This document shows positions 12,085-25,739 of a stretch of 64,000 bases of DNA, one piece after another; the stretch's first letter is position 1; each line of letters opens with the position of its first letter. Below the pieces are notes generated by a model. That model saw nothing but the letters and a program-made list of their open reading frames with translations, ran no database searches and had not been told where the DNA came from. Source of the DNA: Azolla caroliniana (taxonomy: Eukaryota > Plantae > Polypodiophyta). Location: NCBI GenBank assembly GCA_043228905.1, contig JBHGNT010000022.1, positions 806,001 through 870,000 on the forward strand, in the 5' to 3' direction. The translations under genes were made by a program, and so were the position numbers.

Positions 12085-15000
12085 GCTGGTAGCTAAGCGA
12101 GCATTGACGGTATTGCTCAAGAATTTGCTTCACCCGCTCCGTTTGGCCATCCGTTTGAGGATGATAGGACGAAGACAAATTCACTGTTGTACCTAATGTT
12201 TGAAGGAGCCGCCGCAAAAAACGAGAGACAAATTGGGGTCCGCGATCTGAGGTGACATTATCTGGGACCCCATGAAGCCGAACCACATTCTTTAAAAATA
12301 GATCTGTTGTTGCTTCTGCTGAAATAGTCTTTGCACAAGGGACAAAATGAGCCATCTTTGTAAACCGATCTACCATCACGAGCACTATGTCATATCCGTG
12401 GACAAGAGGCAAGTCAGTGATGAAATCCATGGAAATTGATGCCCAAGGCCGGTTGGGAATGGGACGTGGTTGGAGCAACCCGTATGGCCTATGGTGGACG
12501 ACTTTGGATCTAGCAAAAGTATCCCATGTCTTGATGAATTCCTTGATGAATTGCCATGGTTGAGGCCACCAATATCCTCGTGAGATTAATTCGAGTGTCT
12601 TTGTAATCCCAAAATGACCAGCCAAGGGGTCATCATGACACTTTTGGAGAACTTGAGTTTGACATCGGCCCTCCGGAACATATAAGAGTTGGTCTTGGTA
12701 AAGCAATCCCCCCTCAAATCTGAAGTGGTCAAGCACTTCCTTGGTCTTGGATTTAGATGGATCAATAAGACCTTCCTGAATTGCATTGGCGAATTTGTCG
12801 GTGAGAAGTGGTTTAGCTATCCCCTCAAGCAAAGAGTCGTCATGGAGCATGCATGTGGCAAAGAGCTGGAATTGATCTGGTTTAATCAAACATTGAGATT
12901 GTAGAGCATAGGCCTCATCCCTTGGGCTCAACTCAAAATCTAATCGTTGTGAAAGAGCATCAGCCTTCATGTTTTGTGTCCCCGGCTGAAAGACAATTTC
13001 AAAGTCATAGTTGGCTAAGAAAGTTGACCAATGGGCTTGCTGCAAATTCAAAGTACGGGTTGTTGAGAAATACAATAAATTTTTATGATCTCTTAATACC
13101 TAAAATCAATGGTGTCCACTCCGTGAAAGCTGCCAATATAGCCACGAGCTCCTTGTCATAGATGGGACAGTTGATTTCTGGAGCTGTGAATTTTCGGGAG
13201 TAGTACGCCATCGGATGTAGGATGCCATTATCATTGGGTTGGGATAAGATGGCACCAATGGCAAAGTCAGAGGCATCTGTTTCAACTTGAAAAGGCTTAG
13301 TAGGGTCGACGTGAAGGAGGACTAAAGCCCGGGTAAAAACTTCCTTGAGTAGTTCGAAGGCATGTTGAGTAGATGAAGTCCATTGAAACGACATCCCTTT
13401 ACGAGTAAGCTCAATCAAGGGTTGAACTATGACGGAGAACCCCTTGATAAATTGCTGATAGAAAATTGTGAAACCAAGGAACGACTAGACATCCTTTACT
13501 CGTTTTGGAGTGGCCCATTCTTGAATTGTCTTGATTTTCCTTGGATCCATGGTGACGCCCTGGGGGGAGATAACATAACCAAAAAATTCTATGGAATTGC
13601 GATCAAACTCACATTTTTCTCTCTTGGCATAGAGGCCATGCTCCCTGAGTTTCAAGAGAATCAATCGAACGTGGTGAGTATGCTCTTCAATGCTCGACGA
13701 GAAGACAAGAATGTCATCAAGGTAGATAACGACAAAGTGATCAAGATATTCTCAAAATATGTCGTTCATCGTATGTTCAAAAATAGTTAGAGCATTGGTT
13801 ACCTTGTACTCGAAGTGTCCGTATCGCGTACGAAATGCCGTCTTCCATTCATCACCAGGTTTAATCCGAACCAAGTTGTATGCTCCCCGCAAGTCAATCT
13901 TGGAAAAGACCTCTGCACAATGAAGGCGATCGAGGAGTTATGAGATGAGAGGTACAAAGGGTATCGATTATGTACCATGATTTTATGGAGGCCATGGTAA
14001 TCCACACATAGACGCAACGATCCATCCTTTTTCTTCACAAACAAGATGGGAGGCCCAGTTGGTGACTTAGACAGTTGGATAAAGACCTTCTCCAAATTTT
14101 CATTGAGATATGTGCGAAGAGCCTCTAGTTCTGGTTCACAAAGACCATAGATGGGCCCAAAGGGTGGAGATGTGCCCTCTTGTAGATCGATCGGACAATC
14201 ATATGGTCGATGCTCTGGTAAGTGATCTACATTCTTCTTCTCGAACACATCAGCAAAGTCACTATATTTGGATGGAAGCGAGTTTAGATTGGCTTTCATA
14301 GGAACCAAAGTTGGGGTACTCGACTTTGAGTCATTGCCCATTGAGATGGAGTGCATTGTGACTAGGGCATGAGCATCCGAGGGCATTGGTCCGAGTTGAA
14401 TGAAGGAGTGCTCGACAGAAAATGATTCGGGCCATTCTGACACAGCGACATTGGAAGCCGCTCCAACCTCCATGTGAGTTTGTGGTTGAAAAGTAAGTGA
14501 GTGGTTGTGCCAATCTATAGTCCAGGTTTATTTGCTTTCAACTAAGACAACCCAAGTATGATCGAATGTTGTGGTGAAGTGATGAGGTAAAATGATAAGG
14601 CCGCTTCATGGGTCCCGAGCTGCAAAATGAGGGGGATCGTGGCTTTGGTGACTGCGCCAAAGGAGAGCATTCGCCCATCGATAGCTTTGACTAGGGTAGG
14701 CTTTGACAACTAGACAACAGGAAAGTTGTGTTTATGAACGAACATTTCGTCCATAAAACACGCTGTGGCCCCGGAATTGAGTAGCGCTAAGGATTGAATT
14801 CAAATAGATTGGAAATAGAGAGTTACCTCGAAGGAAAAGCCGTTACTAGAACTTTGGGAGCAACATGTATGTCTGTTGTCCAACCGCATGGCTTCTACTG
14901 TAGTTGGACATCATCGTTTTCCGAATGTTGGGACCCACTAATTGGATTGTCCCGATAGACTTGTCGCAAATTGCTTTTGAGTGGGCAAAAACGAATTAGA

Positions 15001-16446
15001 TGGGTAGAGGCGCCGCAGTATATACATAGCCCATTGGTTCGTCGATGGTGTCGTTCGGTTGTGGTGAGTGGGGCTCGAGCTAGATCAATTTCCATTGGCA
15101 TAGGATCATTGAACGATGTCGTTGGAGAAGATCTCGCAGTCACTTGGGGTTGTACCATAGGTTTAACGTGGAGAAAGGATGACAACTTGGAAATCGCTCG
15201 TTCCTCTTGTCGAAGTTCAAAAAGGTGGTTGTCACAACTGACTGCTTGCTTGATGGCTTGCGATAATGAAGTCAGCTCTGGGAAGTTTAGTAGTAGATTC
15301 TTAACATCACTTCGAAGGCCCTGACAAAAATGATCGCAAAGGGCTTGGTCATCCCACTGAACATCACATGCCAATTGTCTAAATTCAGATGCGTAAATAA
15401 ACATTGAATGCGTACCTTGACGTAATGAATAGAGTTTGGTAAGGCTTGTTCAACGCCGATCCATATCCCCAAATGTGGCCTCAAACTCTTCTAGGAAAGC
15501 AGAAAAATTGTTGAGAAGTGGCGATGATATTTCGACCAAAGGTGCGAACTAGCTTTGTGCAGCTCCTGAGAGCAGAGTCCCAACGAGCCCAACTCGGTAA
15601 AAATCATTCGTATATCTTTGGGGTTGTAGCCGGATAATAAGCTTGATCTTATTTATGAACCCCCGGAATTGCGCCCTTGTGCCATCGAACTTGTCGGGTA
15701 AACTAACATTGAGTTCTATAGTTGAAATGAGGTGCAGAGGAATTGGAGCGAGGATTGACGAGGGGTCAACCTCTAGAGATTGGCGATTCCTTGATGTAGG
15801 AGGGCACTTGGGTTCTTCATTCTCCAATTCCATTGGAGTCCTAGCTTGGAGTTTCTCGGGAGATACCCGAAGATTCTCATTTTCAAGTTGAAGTTGATGC
15901 ATGACTGCCAATAGTAGATTTATGTTCTCGGTAGAATCTGACATGATGAGGCTTTGGAGATGGAAGGTGAACAAACTGTCACGGACAAGTAGACAAGACT
16001 CAATACTAAGAGAGTGAGAGAGAGATTATAGACAAGATAGTAAGAAAGAGAGAGAGAGTAGTCAAGAGAACAAGAACTAAATTATGATTTCGTAACTGGT
16101 GTTGTTCACCTTGACTAAGGCCAAGGTGAACCCCTGTATTTATACATGTTTATGGGCTCTAAATGTAGCCCCATGCAAAGACTAATTTTCATGCACAACC
16201 TTCTAGAATTTACATGTTTATGGGCTCTAAATGTAGCCCCATGCAAAGACTCATTTTCATGCACAACCTTCTAGATTGTTCTAGCTTCTAGAGTTTTCTA
16301 GAAGCTTCTAAAATCCTACATGTAGAATAGATAATCTACAATAATCTAGTACGGTAACATGATTGTGTATTGGATGCATTGGTTATTCATATTCGAACTC
16401 TTGACCTACTGCATTTAATCGATATGTTTTAACCAATGTTTGGACA
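12085..16446 (-). mobile_element. 3'-truncated Tcn1-like Ty3/gypsy (5' LTR 15977-16446, gag, PR, RT, RH, partial INT)
   Basis: Gag LPDKFDG...PMPMEID...CIYCG..H...[37 protein letters not shown]; LTR TGTCC...TGACA. The element is cut inside integrase by the LTR ending at 12084. Confidence 0.93.
15964..15974 (-). promoter_or_regulatory. Non-tRNA primer-binding site (TTGTTCACCTT), self-priming type
   Basis: Lies 2 nt after the LTR end, has no TGG, and is complementary to LTR positions 16112-16102. Confidence 0.65.
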
Positions 16447-17344
16447 ATGTTTTGTTCCCATTGCCCAACAACTTTTTCTTATTTTTTGGCTAAATCGTTT
16501 CTAGCCACATGAGCAACTTAGCTAGTAGCCTCAAAAGCATTGAACCGAAATTCCAAACTCCAATAAAAGCTTGTAAAAGTGTCCTTTCCATGCATGAAAT
16601 ATTTAAAACACAACTTACAAGTATGGTACGTTTCGACGAGACTTCATATCTCTATCATTCCTTACTAACAAGTCTAGAAATTAAACCAAAAGTTTTAGAA
16701 GCATCTTTTCGCAAAACCCTCGTTTCTGAAGGTACAGTCTGGCCCTTAAAAACACGTGACTCAAATCGTATCTTCATTACCTCCCCCCTTACCTCTATGA
16801 ATGGGCTTATGTAGTGAATCGTGATGATGAGCGCATCTGAGTCTGTGCCCCTTTTTCTCACATAAGTTAAACATTACCCCTACATAAGATGGAAAAGTAC
16901 CGATATCATCAACTCTAGGAATGGTAAAAAGATAATTAAAATATCATCAGATCTAGGAAAATGGAATTAACTCTACTGACAGTTGTGTGGTACTTTAAAG
17001 TACCGATATCAACTCTAGGAATGGTAAAAAGATAATATTAAATAAGTAATTCAAGATAAATAGTTAAAAATAAGGCTAAAATAAATAACTGAAAATATAT
17101 AAATAATTAAAAGTGAAACAAATTAAAGATAAATAATCAAAGAAAGAAAACTAAATAAAAGCAATTTCAATTCTTGATGATTATTCATCAAGAGAGAGAG
17201 AGAGAGAGAGAGAAAGAAAGAAAGAAAGATATATTAACGTATGTCTTTCTAAGGCCAAAATTGGCCCATGAGAAACATTCATGGAAAGTACAAAATAAAA
17301 ATTAGATAAAGAGAGAGAGAGAGAGAGGGAGAGGGAGAGAGAGC

Positions 17345-17690
17345 ATATGTATATGTATGTATCTATGTGATGGATGGATCTATGACGCCAGCAATTATGT
17401 TCACATGCATGCATTCATGTGGATGTATGCATGTGATTCATAGATATGTATCCATGCATGCATGCATGTATATATGTATGTATGTATGTGATGGATGGAG
17501 CTATGACGCAAGCAATTATGTTCACATGCATGCATTCATTGTGGATGCATGCATGTGATTCATAGATATGCATGCATGCATGTATGTATGTATGTATGTG
17601 ATGGATGGATCTATGAAGCAAGCAATTATGTTCACATTCCATGCATTCATTGTGGATGTATGCATGTGATTCATAGATATGCATGCATGT
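17345..17690. repeat. CATGCA-rich minisatellite, 3 units, upstream of MATE copy 1
   Basis: Same unit as 3575-4030. Confidence 0.9.
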
Positions 17691-17715
17691 ATGGTATGTA
17701 TGGTATATATGTATG

Positions 17716-17962
17716 GTATGTATTGTATTGTATTGTATTGTATTGTATTGTATTGTATTGTATGTATTGTATTGTATTGTATTGTATTGTATTGTATTGT
17801 ATGTATTGTATGTATTGTATGGTATTGTATGTATTGTATTGTATTGTATTGTATGTATTGTATTGTATTGTATTGTATTGTATTTATGTATTGTATATGT
17901 ATTGTATTGTATTGTATTGTATTGTATTGTATTTATGTATTGTATTTATGCATTGTATTGTA
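17716..17962. repeat. (GTATT)n/(GTAT)n microsatellite
   Basis: Direct pentamer repeat; it generates spurious YCIVL ORFs. Confidence 0.95.
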
Positions 17963-18041
17963 TCAGTATGTATGCAGAGGAGCAGGGCAGCACTGCAATC
18001 CCTTCTGCTAAGCAGCTCATCTCATCATCTAAGAGAGAGAG

Positions 18042-21000
18042 ATGGGTCATCAGAATGAGAATGATGGGTCATCCATCATCACCACCCATCAAGAAGAAGA
18101 AGAAAAATCTGCTTCCAAAGGATCCAATTCTACTTGGCTCCATCGCACAATCATGAGCCCTGATCATAACAGATATCATGAGTATTGGCATGAAATGAAG
18201 CTGCAGCTCCATCTTGCTGGCCCTATGATCCTTGTCAATCTCTCCCAGATAAGCTTCCAGATCATCTCCTGCATGATTGTTGGACATCTTGGAGAGCTTG
18301 CTCTGTCCAGTTGCTCCTTAGCCACCTCCATGGCCACTGTCACAGGTTTCTGTTTCATGGTGAGAGCACCATATTCCGCTTCCTTCCTTCCATCCATCCA
18401 TCCATCCATTTCTTTCTTTCTTCTTCGTTTGTGTGCGCTTATACTATATATGTAATACATAGTCTTTTTTGCTGTATGTATGTGTAAGTATCACATTCCA
18501 CCTCTGTTCTCTTGTATGTGATAATGTATGTATGACAAGTAATGCTGTTATCTGTTTTTAAGTAATGTCTTCTGTATATATTATGCTATGCAATCCATAA
18601 CCTTCCGTGCTTTTATGATTACTTCTCTCTTTGGTTGCTTGATGATCATATGTTTTAAGCTAATCAATACTTTGGACTTTTTTGGTTCCTTGTATGTGAT
18701 AATATATATGCCTTTGATCTTTATGGCATTTACTGCATGGATTTTGTGCTCTGGTAAGCTCCAACATTAGCTTGTACTTCTTCCTTTTGGGTATGTAATT
18801 CAAATTGTTTTCTTTTATTGTAGCTTAACATGTCTTTTGTCTAATCCACCTAAAGTTTTTTTGTTTTTTTTTTTTTGTACAGAATCATGATTCTATGTAT
18901 AGTTTTAAGCGACCTTGGTCACTTACTTGAGTTTAAAATTTATAGAGCCTATGGAATAATAAGTTTTTGAAGCCTTCATTTGAAACCTGAAATTCTCTTG
19001 ATGCCCATAATCCATTTCAAATTTAAGCATGTTACTGCTTATATAATCCCTTGTTGAATTTGAATCATCATCTTTCTAGATGCATACAAATGCAGCTAGC
19101 TAGCTACCTCCCTTTTGTGTAAGGAGAGACTTCCATATAATAAAATAAAATAAAACTTATCTCAACTGTATATTGCTGTGTGTGATTTCTCGAATCGTCG
19201 TAAAAGTAGCCATGGAATTCGATCTTTATTGAGAATACATGTGATTTATTAAAGGAGAATTTTATAATCTTATGGGTTGAATGTCATTCTACTGCCATTA
19301 CCACATAAAAACCTGTTTTTGACAGTTGGGTATCGCAAGTAGCCTCGAGACATTATGTGGACAAGCCTATGGAGCAAAGCAATATGAGATGGTGGGGATA
19401 TACTTACAGAGAGGGCTATTCGTGCTCTATGCCGCAGCAATACCGCTTGCTTTTGTATATGGTTATATGGGTCAGATACTAGCAGGATTGGGGCAAAACA
19501 AAGATATATCATATGAAGCCGGAAAATATGCGAGGTGGTTGATACCTACTTTATTTGCACAAGCCTCTGCACAACCATTGATTAGGTTCTTGCAAGCACA
19601 AAGCTTAGTCTATCCTATGCTGCTGATCTCTGCAATTTCTGTTGTATGCCATGCACCCCTATGCTGGTTCTTAGTCTACAAGACATCACTTGGATTTGAA
19701 GGGGCTGCCATCTCTACAAGTATTTGCAATTGGATCAATGCAGTTTTACTCTTTCTGTATGTGGGCTTCTCCCCATCTTGCCAAAGAACTAGAGCTCCTC
19801 TCACTTGGAAGGCCTTGCATGGCATGAGAAGTTTCCTTTATCTTGCATTTCCGTCCGCTGCAATGGTGTGGTAAGTTTTCTCTCCTGCCATCCATCTCAA
19901 ACATATCCTTTACTTTGGGTGTCATTTGTCACTCTGAGCTTTTGAAGACTTAATATTTCAATTCATTTTCCATCTCCTAAGACTAACAAAATCATTATTC
20001 TGGTCATTAGGCTTTGACTAAAAGCTAAAGAGTTTTTTCGGACCCATTCGTAATGGATTGCAGAAAGATTGCTAAAGCGTTTGGAACATGTTAGCTCCAT
20101 GGGTAAAGGCTGCCAATCCTTCAGCTTTTAGAAAATGCTTCCTGGAACTTAGAAAGGTTGCTGTTGAATTATACACGTGTGTTCGGTGTATGGGTGAAGG
20201 ATCAACAACTTGAGGATGATTATGATTAGCTATGACCTAGTTAAAGCTATGATTATGGCTACAACCCAGTGTCCGAGTTGATATCATAAACAGTAAAAAA
20301 AAAAATGGATCCCACATGGAACTTCAAACGATGAAAGATCTACTGACGTAGATTTGGCGGATAGGTGGTGCCATCTCCCTGGAATAAGCATCATCCATAT
20401 GCGAATAGGAACTTATATTATCGGAAGTTTATGCCCAATATAAATCAATCTCAGGTTAAGTCCATTTATCTCCATGGTAAAATACTTAAATAGTGGTTAG
20501 CAGTATAGGGGGTGAAACAAGGATGCCCAATGTCACACCTAGTACTCTTTTGACTTCAAAAATATGAAATATATACTGATGTAGATTTGGTGGATATGTG
20601 GTGCACCTCCTTGGGGTAAGCATCATATTGTGTTTTCAGATTCTCTTGAGGGATGATAGTTGTGACATCTAGATATTCTAGATATATTATGTTCATGGAT
20701 TTCGCGCAACTAAACAGAGCTTAGCTTTTCATCGACACAAAACTGGAGACATTGTTGGTTTCGATGATTACCTGCATGATATGAAGCAAATCTGCAGTAT
20801 CTTTCACAATATAGTGTAGATAAATGATAGTGGGATACAGGGCAAATCAATGGACAAGATGCACAGTTCTACTGAAACATCTACTTCATACACACTAATT
20901 CTATTGAAGAAGACAAAAATTATAATGCTTTATGAGAATATTTCAGCCTCCAAATTTAAAATGTTGTCCACAAATTTTGATTTCAAACTTCATGATGTTC

Positions 21001-24000
21001 TCTCTCCAAAATCCGTCCACAATTCTCTTCACAGCTATCTGAATTTAGTTTTTACAGTGTGTTTACACAGGACAGAGTTCACTGTAACTTTCTCCAGAGA
21101 TTTGGCTTAAAAGTTCACTTTTTTTGTATCTCTCCCAAAATTTATCTACAATTCACTTCAAAATTTATTTTACTTTTCACAACATGCTTACATACTAAAC
21201 AGTTTTAACTTCAAATTTCTCCACAATTTAGAATTCAAAGCTCACTGACATCTCCCAAGACTGTCCACAATTAATTCGGTCGTCATAGCGGTGCCAATTA
21301 AGGTTTCACAACATGCTTAAATAGCAGCCCCCAAGAAAGCCAAAAAAAAATTGTGTTTCTTGTTTATCAAAGAAAGAAGCATGTGCTTTTATGTTTAGGA
21401 CAAATGGTTGTGTTTCTTATTTTCTTAAAATGTGTCATGGCTAAAAACCTTATAAAACTATTTGTGACCAAAGGGTGTTGTGCATGCAATTTTTTTTTAG
21501 TAATTTACAGATTTCTTATTTTTCGAGAGAAACAATTAATCACTTAACATGGTTGCTACTAGTTTGGAGTGGTGGTGTTACGAGTCGTTAGTTTTGCTTT
21601 CTGGCTTCCTTCCGAATCCTGAACTTCAAACTTCCACACTAGCAACATGGTGAGTACCTTAATATCATATCTGTGATCAATTTTGTACATAAAAATGTGG
21701 ACTTCTTTAAGCAGAGAATATGAAACTTTCTATTGGGTTTATATCAATAATGCAGCCTCAATCTTGCCAATGTTACATTCCAAATGGGATTCGGACTTGC
21801 TGCGAGTATAAGGTTAGTATAGATTCCATATTGTTCTTTCTATGCATTGGTATAATCTATAATGCTTATTCTGCAAAATTTCCTTTTATGTGGTAGCTCT
21901 ATGTACTCATTTTTAGTCAGCGTTCATGTCATTTGATGACGGTTTTACTTGTCTTGTTCAATTGTTCGTTAATGTGATTTAGTTTATGTTTTAGATTTTT
22001 TTCTCATTGTTATTCATACTGTCATCTTTTGTATGTTTTACATTTTCTGCTCATTGTTCGTCATCATGTCCTTTAGCACAAGGGTATCAAATGAGCTGGG
22101 TGCAGGCCGATCGCAAACCACACGAGATGCTATCTGTGTTGGAATGTTCCTTACTATTACTCAAGCTTGTATCGTCTCATCTCTCTATTTATGCTTCCGA
22201 AATGTGCTGGGACGTGCGTTTAGCAGTGATGTGGAAGTCATACAGAACGTTGCCATCCTAATTAAGCTGCTTGCTATTTCCTCATTTTTAGATAGCACCC
22301 AAGGAGTTCTTTCAGGTATAAATCAGCATACAGTTCATTTCCCCTAACACAATCGGCAATGGTTCGGTTAGGTTTGAGAGGGTCCAAACTGAACCGTTTA
22401 AAATTTTTGAAACCTGAACCTAACCGAACCAAACCACGAAACCGTTAAACCATTAAACTGTAAAAAACCGTGGTTTCGTGGTTTGGTTTTGGTTTTCAAC
22501 ATAGGTCAAATTTATTATTGATTATTTTTCAAAATTTATAATATTTCATTATTTAGAATTTTTAGAATTTTTTAGATGTTCCTTAAATGTGAGAATAAGG
22601 TGTGAGAATAACCGTTAAACCATTTAAACCCCGATTTCGCGATTCGGTTCAAACCAAACCAAACCATTGCCGATTGTTAATTTGCCCCCCATTTTTTTGT
22701 TTAGAATTTGGCCTGGCCACATAAATTCAGCTTTTCTTTTGCTTGAAAATTATTTCTTAAATTAAAAAGAATACAAGCTTTTTTACTCCTTACTCCTTCC
22801 CAAAAATAGGTTTCAGTAAAAAAAAAACTTGCTCAGATGAAAGGTAAACAAGTATCCTTCTTGTCATACTTTTGCATAAAAGGGAGAATTGATTCGACAA
22901 TATCATTTCAAATAGGTTAATTAATATTAAGCTAGTTCAAATGAAATAAAACAAATGATGTATTCTCAAGAAAAAAATGTGAGGCCCTGCTTAATTGGTA
23001 AATTATCTGTTGATAGATGACATAAGCGGAAATACAAGGATTTAGTTGTAATCATAGTTTGGGTAGCTAAAGTCTCCTATTATAAGGAGAAAAATGTGTG
23101 TGAAACCTACACATCGTGTAGCTATTATCGGAAAAAGGTTATGTTTGATCCCACCTTTTCTCTGCCATAAGTTTATCAATTCACAAAAGAGTTAAAACAA
23201 TAGGTTGCGTGCGTATACAGAGGAAATCCTTACACCAAACATCTCTTACTATAGTTTCACTTTATGACTTGAACTCCATTTGTCCTGTGTAACAAAAGAA
23301 ATTCAAAGTTGGCGCTGTTAGAAAAAAGAAAACTGATTTGCCTGTAGAAAGATAGTTCTCAAAAGTATATCTAGTACTTAAAAATACTCAAGCTGATGTG
23401 CATTCAAAGAAGCTAATAAATGCTAATCTTGCTGACATTGAGATATAAAAGCTTTACTTCCTGTTGTCATAAATAAATGAGAGACACTATTTTCGAAGTA
23501 TAACTTATAAAACCCCGATAACCAAATCCTGAAACTGATATGCATTCAACGAAACTAATAAATGCTTAACTTGTTAAACGGTGAGATATAAAAGCTTTAC
23601 TTCCTATTGTTGTAGATAGATGACTGATACTATTTTCTAAGTATAATATAATGGTATGCTGAGTGCTGATTAATTGACATTTTCTTGCATTTCAATTAAT
23701 TAAAATTGTGCTCTGAGGTGTATCTGGATTTAGGGATTGCAAGGGGCTGTGGATGGCAAACAATGGGGGCATGTATCAACTTGGGTTCATTTTACATTGT
23801 GGGTCTGCCAATTAGTTGCATTCTCGGCTTTCTTCTAGACCTTGGAGTTCAGGTACATACCGACACTGTTTGAATTGTGTTTGTTTTATTGTTTTTGTTA
23901 CAAATGGGGTATCTAAAACTTAATCCAGTATTAGACATCTGTTGTTTTGTAATCATCGATTCATTTCAAAGAATAGTTAAAAAGCAACAATATGAAAATT

Positions 24001-24386
24001 TATAGTTCCGCAATTGACTAAGATTTTTATGTTTTAGGGTTTTATGGATTGAAGCTATTTATGGCTATTTATGCACCCCTTGTTCAAAAATAACAAAAGT
24101 CAAAGAATTTTTTTCTCCACATGCTTAATACATAAGAAATTTTATCGTGTAGGGTTTATGGATTGGAATTATTTGTGCACCTATCGTTCAAATAATTTTG
24201 CTCGGGTTCATGACATGGACTGCTAATTGGGGCAATGAGGTAGATAAACTCACTCCTATGGTTTTACTATTTCTCTTTCATCAATTGAAAGTCAAATCAA
24301 TTGATCCTTTCAATTTGCAATAGATAATCAAAGCACAAAAGCGAATGGAGTCCTCAAATCTGGAGACATCACTATTGTTAGAATAG
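18042..24386 (+). CDS. DTX: MATE efflux family / DETOXIFICATION protein, 8 exons, ~504 aa
   Basis: Exons 18042-18359, 19326-19870, 21563-21649, 21756-21812, 22077-22315, 23734-23852, 24153-24239, 24324-24386. All introns are GT-AG and the frame is open. Motifs [50 protein letters not shown]. Confidence 0.95.
22345..22679. mobile_element. hAT-type MITE in intron 5 of MATE copy 1
   Basis: Perfect ACAATCGGCAATGGTT inverted repeat; 8-bp TSD ATTTCCCC/ATTTGCCC; absent at the paralogous site near 48885. Confidence 0.88.
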
Positions 24387-24775
24387 TAGTATGGAACGAG
24401 GCATATTTGAAGCTTTGTGGGGTCTATTCCTTTTTAATTAGGAACCAATTTTGTGCCATTTTTGTGGCCCCATCAACTTGTAACAAACATGTGGCAATTG
24501 CGACTTTCTAATAAATATTTATTTACCCTATAATGTCGCATGTGGAGGTTGAGATTTATGGAGGAAAAGCGCAGTAAACTCATAACCTCATTCAACTTTA
24601 TTGAAAGTGCTGATTGATATGTGAATGCCCATGGAGGAAAAGTGGAGTAACTTCATTTAACTTTATTGAGAGTGTTGATATGAGTAACACGGAGTAAAAC
24701 TCATATCACTTTATTTAAACTTTATTGAGATCTTATACATAATTTTGTAGATAGGTTTAAAAGGATGGATGTATA

Positions 24776-25414
24776 TGTTAGAGATAATCAATGATCAGCC
24801 CCAAGTTGTAAATCTACCCCCATATGTGCTCTTAGAGTGCACATTTTGGGATAGCGCCGCAAATGAGGAGCGCCTAGTGTGCAACACGACCATATGGGTC
24901 GATAAGGTGTTAATCTAGGAAACCGTAGATGCGTAGGACACAATGGATTTAGGAAAGAGCGAAATAGGTAATAGGATTGGCTAATCAAGTCAACTAGAAT
25001 ATTTTGTGGGCAAGTTACAATGTATTTAGTCTTGAAGTATGTGCCATTGACTTCAAGATAAGTACTATCTAGCACTAGCCTATATCTAGGGAGTTGGATC
25101 ATATTAAATGACAAGTTAATTGACAGAAAAGGAAAATCTCCACTACTATCAACTGACATGCACATTTAATGTTACACTCAAACCAAACAGAGAATATAAT
25201 CCACTCTCTTACACAGTGGTGTATTTTGATCATTAGTCCCCACTAATTTTGTAGTGAGCTAGTCCAGATCCCATCTAAGCTCTAAGGTGTGAGCGCATGG
25301 GTGAACTACCATTGTGAGCTACTCTCATATGTAATAGAAGTTTTGTTTTCATATATCTGTCTCTGTGGTTGTAACTCTATATACCTATCTAATGGATTCT
25401 CAATATTTCTAACA
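24776..25414. mobile_element. Solo LTR
   Basis: TGTTAGA...TCTAACA termini; perfect TSD GTATA; empty site in the inverted paralog near 46826. Confidence 0.9.
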
Positions 25415-25739
25415 GTATAGCTTTTGGTGCACATGATAGATTAAACGGATGGATGTTAGTTTCTGGTGCACATGTGAGAATTTATATATCTAGAATTTAT
25501 ACAAAAGGGCACACTATTTCTCCTAGTTAATGTTTGTAAACTAATTTGGATTGATGGTTAGCTTTTTATGGTGATTGTTGGATTTGTAAGTGATATGTGA
25601 TAATAATAGTGGTACGAGTGTACAGACGAGTTTGGTTTGAATGTGACACATAACCTAACTCTTAACATGAATTAAAATTGAATATTACTATATGCATTTG
25701 CATTAACGGGGTTGAGGTTCTGTTTACCATTAGTTCTAG

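Noticed and set aside
17972-18058. uORF overlapping the MATE1 start
   Set aside because: The frame is not conserved in copy 2 (one extra G), and the TSS is unknown.
23390-23645. ~140-bp intronic tandem duplication as possible snoRNAs
   Set aside because: No convincing C/D or H/ACA boxes with terminal stems.
24032-24160. TTTAGGGTTTA telomere-like motifs
   Set aside because: Explained by the splice acceptor AG followed by GGT TTA TGG (Gly-Leu-Trp).
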